Shown: in pieces, positions 16,001 to 41,461 of the stretch
Position numbering within the stretch: the first letter of the stretch is position 1
Layout of the letters: every line of letters begins with the position of its first letter
Assembly (NCBI RefSeq): GCF_009914755.1
Contig: NC_060930.1
Strand: one strand, 5' to 3'
DNA length: 64,000 bases
Source of the DNA: the human T2T-CHM13v2.0 reference genome, Homo sapiens
Translations under genes and position numbers: made by a program
The notes under the pieces: generated by a model
Told to the model about the DNA's origin: nothing
Database searches by the model: none
What the model saw: the letters and a program-made list of their open reading frames with translations, nothing else

Positions 16001-17483
16001 ACGGCAATGTCAAAAGTCCCCTCTCCTTGGATCAAAGGTCATCAGAGGTATCTTGCGTGCAGCCCCCAAAACCTTGGGGTTCTGGGCCTGAGGGCTGGTG
16101 ATCCAGGCAGAGTACAGAAAGGACTGGGTCACTCCTCTCCCACCCACTGGGTCCACCAGCTGTCTTTATCAATGGCCACCCAGGATTAGGACCCTGCATC
16201 TCCAAAAAGCAGGTTAGGACAGCCACCTCCTGCCTCCCCTACTCCTATTTATATGAGCACCCTTGACCAGGGATTCCAGCCCTCCCCAACTCTATTTCTC
16301 ATCCCCAGTTCCCAACCTTTCCCTCCTCTGTCAATGTTTTCTTCTTCCTGGGGGGCTAAATCCTCAACTGGCCAACCCATCCCACACAACTGCCTTTTAC
16401 TTCAACTGCCCTCTGGCCCACTCCCACCAAACTCCATCTGGGTCTGGAGGAGGAAGGGTTAAGTGAGGGAGTGGGACACGACAGTTAGTGGGACTGGGGG
16501 CTCTGGAGGTAGAGGATGTCAGGGACGCTGACTCTAGCCCTCACTTCCCCTTTCTTAGCAGAGGAGGAAGTAAGCTGGGGCAGCCAGCCGCCTGTCTGTC
16601 TGCTGGGGCAAGAGTGCCCCAGCCTGGCTCACCCCATCCTCCTGAGGACCAGTCCCAAACCTACACCCTGGTGGCACCCCCCATGCCTAGCTTCCTGGCC
16701 CCGACTGGCAACCTGTAACTGGCACCTGTTGTTCCTTGAGACAGAGCATTCTGAGGTCAGGAACTGGGAATCCCAGATATTGAGCAAATAAGGATGTCCC
16801 CTTCCCCAGCAAGAAGAAACAAAAAAACTGGACTTGGTCAGGGGAATTTTCTCTTCCTAAGGGTGGATTATTGGTAGATTTCCAAGATGCTGGCTGGGTT
16901 AAGGGTCCTGCCAGCTCTGCCCACCCCGAAATGGGAGGACAGAGATGATTCCATGGCCTAGCTGGACCTCAAAAGTGGGCTGAGAGTTAAGTCTGGAGTT
17001 TGGAAGAGCGAATGGGGACTTGAAGGATCTTCACGGGGGAGTGGGGGTGCCCGACCTGTTGCGGCTCTTGGGCAGGCCCAGAGTTAGCATCCCGATTCAG
17101 CCTAGCCCCCATACTCACGTGTCTCCGTCCTCGGAGATGTAAGTGAGTGCTTCCAGCTGCTGAGGGCTCAGCGCCCCCACGTGGGGGAGTGGCAGGCGTG
17201 GGGCCGGGTCCTCAGCCTCGGGGCCCCCCAGCAAGGACAGGGTGTAGGTGAGCGAGGAGGAGCCATAGGTGGAATCAGCCCGCTCCCCATCCGCGTCTTC
17301 CTTCTCCTGTGGTTCCTTGACGGGTCCCGGAGGATGGGTGCAGGGCTGGGGGCTGCCGTCCGAGGGCCCGGAGGCTGGAGCCGAGGTGGACTCGGGTAGG
17401 GAGCGCAGAGAGCGCAGAGACTCAATGCCAGAGTCGTACTGGCTCTCCTCCGCCTCGTCCGGCCCCTTCCGCGCCTCCGACAT
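11370..17483 (-). CDS. NFKBIE: NF-kappa-B inhibitor epsilon (IkB-epsilon), 361 aa (500 aa if the in-frame ATG at 17900 is used), 6 coding exons
   Basis: complement(join(11370..11435,12194..12433,12602..12690,13763..13985,14697..14799,17119..17483))=1086 nt, GT-AG. MSEARKGPDE...; DSGIES phosphodegron (17418-17435); ankyrin repeats (TALHLAV, GDTALHVAC, GCTPLHLAA). Confidence 0.98.
12978..13028. repeat. (CA)~25 microsatellite, NFKBIE intron 3
   Basis: Uninterrupted AC run. Confidence 0.95.
13060..13500 (+). mobile_element. L2 3' fragment(s), NFKBIE intron 3
   Basis: Ends ...TCTGGCACATAG...CTCAGTACATTTCTGTTGAATGAATGAAT, the typical L2 tail. Confidence 0.6.
15161..15737. promoter_or_regulatory. 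Intronic NF-kB site cluster (candidate feedback enhancer) in NFKBIE intron 1
   Basis: GGGRNNYYCC matches at 15161-15170, 15500-15509, 15516-15525 (+) and 15728-15737 (-). Confidence 0.6.
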
Positions 17484-17880
17484 GCCCGCGGCTCTGGCCG
17501 GCCGGGGCCCGGTCTGAGCAGGATCCGGCTCCAGGCTCCGCCGCGCCGCCTTTCCGGGTTGCGGGTCCGCTTGGCAGAGCGGGCGCCCGGCCCGCGGCGG
17601 CCTCCTTCCCGGGCTGTGGGGCTCCGAGGGGCCGGCGCGCAGCGAGGACAAGGTTCGGAGCGCTGGCCAGGTCCACCCAGCGGTTACTGTGGGCAGCCGA
17701 ACCGCCCAAGCGGGTCCTCCTCCTCGCCCCGCCCCTCCGGACCAACAGGGTCGCCTCACGCGGATGGCCCCGCCCCCTCCCCGCCCCCGGCGGGCGCTTC
17801 CGGAAAGAGGCCCCGCCCCTCCGGAATCCCCCTTCCCGGGCTCTGCGTAGGCTTGGAGTCTGTGGTTCCCGGGCCTTGAC
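17100..17880. promoter_or_regulatory. CpG island / NFKBIE promoter and exon 1 (GC boxes, ETS, kB site GGGGGATTCC on - strand at 17823-17832)
   Basis: CpG-dense; CCCCGCCCC repeats 17768-17819; CTTCCGGAA near 17798. Confidence 0.85.
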
Positions 17881-17895
17881 TCACTCCTTCGTTGA

Positions 17896-17927
17896 TTCAT
17901 TCACTCATTCATTCATTCATTCATTCA
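17896..17927. repeat. (TTCA)n tetranucleotide repeat
   Basis: ttcattcactcattcattcattcattcattca. Confidence 0.85.
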
Positions 17928-18005
17928 CTCTTTCCCCCTTCCTCCTTCACTCCATTCATTAGTTCCACGCATGTACTGTTTCCTTCTTTCACTTCTATTT
18001 CTTAA

Positions 18006-18352
<347 letters not shown>

Positions 18353-19678
18353 TAGGCGATGGGATGGGGAAGCACTGCTTCCTATCCCCTGCCCATTTAT
18401 CTCAATTTCTCTTGCTTTCTCATCTTTCCCTATCAGTGCCCAGGGGTACGGGTAGGGAAAGGGGACTCCCATTATCTTTAAAGGAGCAGTTCTCCTGGGT
18501 CCTGGAAGACAGTCTCCTGTGTCAACGTCCCACATCACATGGAATTGGGCATGAAAATGTTTTTTTGGAAAGAGCGTCTTCTCAGGGAAACTGTTGTCTA
18601 AAAAGTAAAGTGGTTGTGGAGTTTCTTCTTCCTCAAAGGGTGAAACCCTGGCCTTGGGTAGTTACAGTTTCTGGTCAACCCCAGCAGTCAAGGAAGTGGG
18701 GTCAGGTTGGGGAGGCCCCAGACATGCTGGGTTGCACTCTGCTCAGGTCCCCAACACAGCCCCAATCTTAGTCCCAAAACATCTTTCCTCTTTCACTGTC
18801 CCTGGGCCTAGGAAGGCCGTGGGAGCACCCTACTACAAGTGAGCCCTAAGCCCATGCTCCATGATTTATTCCCTCATTCCTCCCCACTATTCCAAGTGCT
18901 ATCAGCCTAACGCCAGCAATGCCCTTAGAGGGTTATCCGCAAGGGAACATGTAGCTTTTCCATCTCCAGCATTGGAGAAAGGAAGGTGGATGAGTGTAGA
19001 CAGCAACGTTTTGCAGGGGGGAGGCCAGCTTTCCCACAGCCCTTCCCCTGCAACCTCATTTTATTCATCCATCATTCACCTACTTGACAAACATGTATGG
19101 AAGGTCTCCTGTAATGTCTGACGTTGTTCTTTCTACTGGAAGCAAAACTGACTATCACAGTAATAACCAATAACCACCCCCCATGACCAACAAAAAAATC
19201 CCATGGTCCTAAAAAAGCTCCTTGGCAATTACAGCTCAGAGTGGTTGGGATAAGACAGAAGTGAGAACAGGGTGTTGTGGGGGCACACAGTGGGGCCAGC
19301 TACTCAGTGGGGTGAGAGGCAAGGAAGCTTCCATTTGAACTGAGAATGGGAAGGGAAGAGAGATAGGGAGAGGAGAAGGACCTAGTCTGTGGGGGGCGAT
19401 TGGAGGCAGAAGAGTTGGGGGAGGGCTGAGGGGAGAAGATGGCCCACTGTTCTTCAACCCCATGTAGGACCAGAGTGGGAAAGACGTAATGAGCATGAAG
19501 CCCAGTGAGGAGCCACGAGGGGAAAGGCCTGGGAAATTGAAGCATCTCCTTCCCTTGAGTCAGCATGATTTCAGATGTTCTCAGTCTCCTCCCCTGACAT
19601 GTTCCTCTCCGGTCCTCAAAGGCTGCAGCAAAAGTATAGTAATAAACTCCAGACCCAGACCAACTGGGTTCAAAATTT

Positions 19679-19986
19679 GGCCGAGCGCGGTGGCTCACGC
19701 CTGTAATCACGCCTATAAACTTTGAGAGGCTGAGGTGGGTGGATCATTTGAGGTCAGGAGTTCAAGACTGGCCTGGCCAACATGGCGAAACCTCATCTCT
19801 ACTAAAAATACAAAAAGTAGCTGGGCCTGGTGGCACATGCCTGTAATTAATCCCAGCTACTTGGGAGGCTGAGGCAGGAGAATCACTTGAGGGTGGAGGT
19901 TGCAGTGAGCTGAGATCACACCACTGCACTCCAGCCTGGGCAACAGAGTGAGACTCAGTCTAAAAACAAAAACAAAAACAAAAAAA
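19679..19986 (+). mobile_element. AluS-like element
   Basis: GGCCGAGCGCGGTGGCTCACGCCTGTAATC...A-rich tail. Confidence 0.9.
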
Positions 19987-21859
19987 TCCACACGAAATCT
20001 GACACTATCATCCCCATTTTAATGTTGGGAAACTGAGGCCCAGAGAGGTGAGTTGACTTGCTCAAGTTAAAATAGAAAGTGCAGAGATGTCTTCTCATCT
20101 AATCCAAAACTTTTACATATTTTTTAGTGGAACCTTCTTTTCTTTATCAAGAGGTAAACCACATAGGGTGGGAGTGTCTGAGCCCTCTGCAAGGATGTAA
20201 GAACTCAGGAGTGTGCAAGGACCTCCTTTTTATTCATACAGAGGCTGAATTTAAGGAAAAACCCACTTAACCCAGCCAGGTGTTTGGCTCTGAGCCGTAA
20301 CAGGTGTGTGGCAGTCCCTTTTATGGCCACATGAGGTCAGCATTGAGTCACCCACTGGCCCCACTACCAGAGCTTGCACTCTTGACAGGAATCCTTTCCA
20401 ACACTCCAGGAATGGGGAGGGGGACCATTGCAGTGTTATCTGAAAGGGTGACCTGGGGACTTTGACTTAGGCCACAGCATGGCTAGGGACCTGACCTCGC
20501 CTCCTCAGCTCCAGTCTTCTCTGAGGCTGGGCCCCTCGTCTTTCTCTCTGTTGTTTTCTGGTTCCCTTTGTGCCCCCACTCCCCACCTCCACCCACCCCA
20601 GCTAGGCTCATCTTCAGGAAACAGGCCTGGTTTCCATGGTGACCAGCCGGTCAGCTGGCTCCTTCCACCGCCCCCTCCTTCACCCCCCTTTCTTGTAGCT
20701 TCCAGGGAAGGGTACTGTGTGTGAATGGAGAAGGCAGGGGTAGCCTTTTGTCTCTTGGGAGCTCTAGCGTTGGCCAAAAAGAGCTAAACTGTCCCTCCTC
20801 CAAAGCCCTTTGAAGTGGAGACAGGAAGGCAGTGGGGGTGGGTGTCAAGAGGAAGATTATGGTGCCTAAATGGGGAGCACGAAAGGATCCTCTGTGGGTT
20901 TGGAAAGGCCAAGGTTAGGGGCTCTGCTCTCTGTGGGGGAAGGGGCTGAAACTGGAACAAGAGGGGCTGGAGTTAGCTGTGAGGCCAGCTTCCCAAAAAG
21001 CATGGGCAGGAGATGCTGGAATGAACCACCAAGTGAGATTCTGCCTCTGCCAAGGGAGTGAACCAGACCCCCGCCTCTTCTGGACAGCCGCCTTCCTCTG
21101 GGCAGGGAGAATGGACCCATCAACCTGGAGAGGACCATGCAGGCTGGATAGCTCTAAGCAATAGGTGGACAGAGAGCCACCTTCACCTCACCTGGAAAGG
21201 GAAGAGTAGTAAAATGAAGGCAGGGCCAGGAGTGGGACTAGAGGGGTGGGAGCAGTGGCTCTCCTGTCCCCAACAAGGGGAAGGAACATCCTGGGCAGAT
21301 CAGTGTGTTTGTACCCTATCCCCCAAAATCAGACATCGAGGCTTTGCCCCAAACTAACTTCCTACCCACAAATATTCCCCATAGATTTTGAGTGGGAAAG
21401 ATCTGAATTCTAGGACTAGCTCTGTGAGTGCTAGCAGGTGACCTTGAGTAAGCCATTCACTCTCCCTCTGCCTTGGTTCCCTGTGAGTAATTGGGGAGAA
21501 CAGTTACTGTATGTCAAAGACTCTAATGACACATAGTAGGATTCCACAGTGACTGTGTATGCACAAGATTGATCATGCATGGCTTTTATTATATTCTTCA
21601 TAATGGTTGTTTTTCATGTTCTTTTCTCCCCATTAGACTTTGTGCTCCTTGCAGGAAGGAAACTGTGTTTCATTTCTGTACTGGGCACACAATAGGTACC
21701 CAACACCTGTTTACTGAATGGAGACATCCAGAAATGAATGAATGAATAAATGTCAGGGTCCTTCCTGCTGTGCCAGGGGATACAGGGAAAAGCAGTGTGG
21801 GGTGGATGGCCTGAAAGGATAGGCTGCCTGCAGTGGCTCAGCCTGGCCTGCTTCCTACA

Positions 21860-22020
21860 CCTACAAGTCAGAGCCTTAGAAATTGTCCAGTCAACTTCCT
21901 CACTGCACAGATGAAGAAATTAAGGCTCAGAGACAGGAAGGCACTTGCCCAAGGTCACATAACTCCTTAATGACAGATACAGAATTCAGAATTAGAACTC
22001 AGGTTTCCTGCCCTCCAGCC
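21860..22020 (-). mobile_element. MIR
   Basis: ACAGATGAAGAAATTAAGGCTCAGAGA...CTTGCCCAAGGTCACA core. Confidence 0.65.
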
Positions 22021-22495
22021 TAGGGTATTGCACACACTTCACTGCTTCTCTGGAGCTGTTCTTTTAGGGAAGAAAGATGGTTCAGTGAAGGCCGGTTCCA
22101 ATGCCCTCCCCTCTGCCCTCTGTTAGTCCTTTCCCACATCTAGCTTCAATCTCTTCCCTTTCCCCCTATTCCATTCCTCTGGAAGTCTAGCTTCTGCCTT
22201 AACCCTTCACCACGAAACTGGGAGTAAGGATCTTCCCTAGGGTTCCAAGAATCAATTTCCTCTCCCCACTCCTCTGCCCTGGGAACTTGGGGGAACCAGA
22301 GATGTGTGTGTGTGTGGGGGGGTGCTGTTGGTTGAACCTCGGGCACCGAGTCCACGGAGAACAGATGGAGAGGGGTTGCGGCACAGATTCTCCCAGGATA
22401 GGAGCGCGGGAGGGAGGTGCAGTGAGCAGGGCTGGGAGCGGGGAAGAGGTGTGGGGAGTCCCTGTTGCTTTACCCCTTCGGGGGGTGGTTATTAG

Positions 22496-28830
<6,335 letters not shown>

Positions 28831-30992
28831 AAAGAGACCGATGGGTGGGAGGGGGTCGGCTGCTCCCCGAGATCCCCCTGGCAGAGTCATTCTTCCAGCC
28901 CCAACCCTGAGTTCCTAAAGGGACACCTCCCTCCTGTCCAGCCCTTCAACAGATCTTCTGTTAGATGACAACCGTGCCGTGGGCCCCGCGTTGGGCCTTG
29001 TCTGAAGGGAGAGGCCCTGGCATGCGGATGGGAGATTTAGAGGCTGTGGAGAAGGGAACTTGGGGCTTTCCTTCCTTCGTGGCCTCACTCCCCTGGGGCC
29101 TCTCTCTATGGAGGGGGCAATGGTTTGGTGACCAGCAGGCTGGATTCCAACTAGCTAATGCATTCAGCAGGTCTGAGGCTGGGGCCAGGTGTCAGCCCTA
29201 GGCCTCCATCCAACACCGTGGAAATGTTGCTGCCCTCTTCTTGGCGCTGACCCCAAGATTGGGGTTTCCTTTCTGCCGCTCCCTCCACTGTTGTTTATCT
29301 AACTGGGCCCCCACTCCAGGTCCAGAGGGACTGTGCTCACTGCACAGACATCACTCACCTTCCGCTCCCCAGTCCTGCAGAGCTGTTGCCAGGGTGCAGT
29401 GGGGAGGGGAGTGAAATGTGGAGGACTGTGTACCTCAGTCCTCTCTCTAAACTCCTCAGCCTCCCAACAGGGGCCTCCTCACCTGGGTTCTGAGTGTGTA
29501 CCCCTTTTAGAGAGTGAGATGCCACCCGGGCAGCACTCGTTAAAGCTGGCCAGCACGAGTGACTAAGGGGAGAGAGCATGACATAGACCTGGGTGGCAAC
29601 GGGGACCTCTGGAAGCAGGTGGGAGTAAGAGAGGAGAGGGCAGTGGAGGGTAGAGGAAAAGGACCTCCAGAGGTGGGGTGTCTGTGGGGGCGGCCTTTGC
29701 CTCCCTAAACCTGTGCGGAGGAGTGGAGTGTGCTTGTCGCTCAAACACATCTCTGGGGGACTGAGGACGTTGTCACAAGCCCCAACTGGAGAAATAATTC
29801 CAATGGCAGGGTCAGAGGCAAGCATTCTCTAAATCTTGCCCAACCCTTCCATCCTTCCCTATCCTATGAGCTGAAGCCCTGCTGTGTGTCGCAGGGTCTT
29901 CAAAGGGGCATCCTGCCACCACCCCAGGGCGCTGGCCCCACGTCCTGTTCCCCTAAAGCTCTGACACCGCCTTCTCTCCGTGTGCTCCCCCCACCACCTC
30001 CACCCTGATGTGCTTCAGTGTGCATGTCTGTGAACAGCCCTCCTGCCCTGCCAACTCCCCTGGCTAAAGTCTCCCCAGCAGATTTAGCACCCAGGGATTG
30101 AGCTCACATTTCAGGCTAGAGAGGATAACCCTTGGGCCACCCACATCTCTCACCCCTGATGCTTCTTACTTCGCCTGAGCCATCAGAACTCCTCCTTACC
30201 CTCCTTCAGCCCCTCTCATCTTCCTTCAGCCCAGCCAGGCCTGCACCACCAACTGTGTGGCCTCCACCTATGCAACATCGCCTCTGGCTCCCCTTCCCTT
30301 CTTCCTAGCGGGGAGTGTGAGGGGCCCAAATTGTGGGGATACCATGGCCCATGGCTTCTAAAGGGTTTAGCTTTACTTTCAGGTAGAGATGGCTGAGTGA
30401 GGAGGGAGAAGAGGCTAGAGAGAGGGAGGCTTGGGCGGGGGAAACAGCTGCCCACCAGGTTTTCCTGGACAGCAGTGCCCACCTGCCTACTAGCACTGAA
30501 CCTGCCTGGACCCTGAGTCTGTGCTCCTTGGGGGCCTGGCGTTTGGAGCACCCTTCTTTCCTCTGAATGGACATCTGTGAGGTACAGGTGGTGAGCTGCA
30601 GCCTCAGGCTCCATTTCTTAGCCAGCTGGCACCTGGATGTCATGCTTTGTGTGGGGACAGCCTGGCCACCTCAGGGCTCCAAGGAAGGAGGAACGTGGCT
30701 CCTCCTCCCTCAGGCCTGTTCCTGAGACAGAGCCTGGTCTCACAAGAGGGGAAGGGGGACCTCTATTATTATTTTTGCCTGTATTGACCATTTCTGCCTA
30801 GGTCGTCTCAGACAGCCTCATCTCCCACACATGCACAGACTTAGAGAGAAACCAATTCTTTGGTCTATTTTCTTGGTAGCTTTACTGATTGCCAGGGAAA
30901 ATGAAAACCAGAAAATTAATTAATCTCTAAAATTAAACTTTACACTGAATGTTCTTGTTTCTCTAATTAGAACTTCTGCTAGCAGCTGTGGC

Positions 30993-30995
<3 letters not shown>

Positions 30996-31025
<30 letters not shown>
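30996..31025. repeat. (AC)15 microsatellite
   Basis: Uninterrupted run. Confidence 0.95.
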
Positions 31026-31028
<3 letters not shown>

Positions 31029-31550
31029 CACACCTACACGTTTGCACTCCGGAACTGTCAGAGGGTGTCAGGCACAGACAGACTCTAGGTTGCCTAGACA
31101 GGCACACACATGCAGTCACTCCCAAGCCCCCTTTGGTGCTCTGCTCAGCGCCTGCTTAGTGGAAGGAGTCCCTGGAGAGCAGGCACTCCTGGACTGGGGT
31201 TGTAGCCCATGACCTGCCCTTTGGGGACACAGTTCTGGAGGCTCTGGGCCAATGAATCAGCCCAAGGAGGATGGGCAATGGCGCTCAGCCTGAATCAGTC
31301 AGCTAGGTCTCTTGTGGCCCTGGGGGCTGATGTGATTCCTGTAGGTGTGGCCCCAGGGTGGACAGCTACAGAGTGATGGGGGACTCATGTAGGGCACCTG
31401 GAAGGCTCCATGTGTCCTGGGGACAAGGGCTTGTGGGGTGGGCTGGGCCTGGCTGGGGAGAAGACAGGTCTCTGTCAATTGGGTGCATCACACTGTGGCC
31501 TTTTTGTCGTGGATTTAAGCGCAAAGATTGTACAAATCAAACTGGTGGAT

Positions 31551-31556
31551 AATAAA
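31551..31556 (+). terminator. TMEM151B poly(A) signal AATAAA
   Basis: First AATAAA I could find after the stop (~2.9 kb 3'UTR), with a UGUA upstream. Confidence 0.7.
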
Positions 31557-31876
31557 GTCGTGGATGACTCACTGACTTCCTGTCCCAGTGTGGCACTTCT
31601 TTCCCTCCCTCCCAGGGAAGCTCTCTGGGGTGGGTGGCAGGGATTGTGTCATCCTTCCCTGGAAGTTGTCATCTACAGTTGCCTCCCCAGAGGAGTCCAC
31701 TGGGTCTGAGCCCCTGGTGTCAGCTCATTGTCCCCTTCCCAGGTTGGGAGTTGGGGAACTAGGGGATGGCGTGGCCTGTAGAACTGGATCACTTAAAGCA
31801 GAGTCAAGCAACAGGGAAATGCATCTACAGGGATGAGGGTGGCAGAGAGAGCCAGGCATAGCCCTGCTGTAGCCAG

Positions 31877-31879
<3 letters not shown>

Positions 31880-31923
<44 letters not shown>
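31880..31923. repeat. (GT)22 microsatellite downstream of the TCTE1 stop
   Basis: Uninterrupted run. Confidence 0.95.
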
Positions 31924-31926
<3 letters not shown>

Positions 31927-32307
31927 AAGATCAAGGATCTGTTTGGTAGAGAAGAAAATGGTGGGGAGTCAGGGAGGCAGGCAGCCCCAACGGGAGAATC
32001 TGGCAGGCACAGTCCCTCAGACACCTCTCTGACTTCCCTGTTCCTGAAAGAAGTTGGTCATTTGTGGGTGTCCAGTAATATCCTTTCCCTGGGCACAAAG
32101 GCTGGGTCCCTACTGCATACCCTTTCTTCCCCCATGCCAGGCTCCCTTCCCTGCCTCATGTCTCCATCCATACAACCCTTGATCACTCCAAGGTTATTCA
32201 CAGTCCCCCTCCCCGCTCCCTCTGAACCAGTGTGATACTCTGCAGCAGGCATGGCAGGGGTATGAAATGAGGGATGGGGCTGGGGCCATGATCCAAGTCA
32301 GGTCATT

Positions 32308-39953
<7,646 letters not shown>

Positions 39954-40109
39954 GCTGGAGGCTGGCAAGGTAGGGGTGCGTGGCCCCTGGATGGCCTTAT
40001 GACAAGAAGCTTCTCAGACTGGCAGGTCCTTGAAACAGGTAGGGATCTGGAGCAAAAGGAAGAGGGTAGAGGTGTTACTTTGGTGGGTCTTGGTGGGCAT
40101 TTACTAAGA

Positions 40110-40590
40110 GAGGTGGTACAGAATAGTGCTTAACGATCAGTCCCTGGAGTGAAGCAGATCCAAGTTATCTGTGTGGCCTTGGGCAAGTTACTGAACCTCT
40201 CTGAATTTCAGATGTTGCCTCTGAGAAATGAAGGTCGCAGTTCCAGTAGGATTATTTGGAGGAGTGGATAAAATAATGCATCCAAAGGGCATAATATAGT
40301 ATCTGACACATGAAACTAGCAAGGAGCAGCCCCAAATTTTAGATAATAGCTCTACAGCAATTACAGTAATTGCTCTGTGCCAGACAATCTTTTTAGTTCT
40401 TTATGCCTATCAATTCATGTGTCCTCAGAAAAGCCTTTTTCAGAAAAGGCTTTTTCAGATAGGTGCTTGTATTATTCCCATTTTTCTGCTGGGAAACTGA
40501 AGCAGAGAGGCTAATTGACTTGCCCAATGTCATGCAGCTTAGAAGTATCACGGGTGGGTTTAAATTCAGTCTGTCAAATTCATGCTCTGA
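40110..40590. mobile_element. Two MIR elements in opposite orientation
   Basis: CTGTGTGGCCTTGGGCAAGTTACTGAACCTCTCTGA and ATTCCCATTTT...GGGAAACTGAAGCAGAGAG cores. Confidence 0.65.
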
Positions 40591-40793
40591 ACCCTACATT
40601 GGACCGGCCCTCTGAGGGTGAGGGGTGTATATTGCCAAAAGACACAGATATAATAAAGAGCCATTCAGCTCATAACAGGACCCTGCACTAAGTATTTCAT
40701 AGAACAGCAACTGCCTGATCCGTAGGATGGGGTTGAGAACAGCTCTGGCCAACAGAAATATAATGCAAGCCAAAATGCAAGCCACATATGCTA

Positions 40794-41461
<668 letters not shown>

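Noticed and set aside
40425-40459. Tandem semi-palindromic TCAGAAAAG(C/G)CTTTT units
   Set aside because: Small slippage duplication inside a MIR; no functional evidence.
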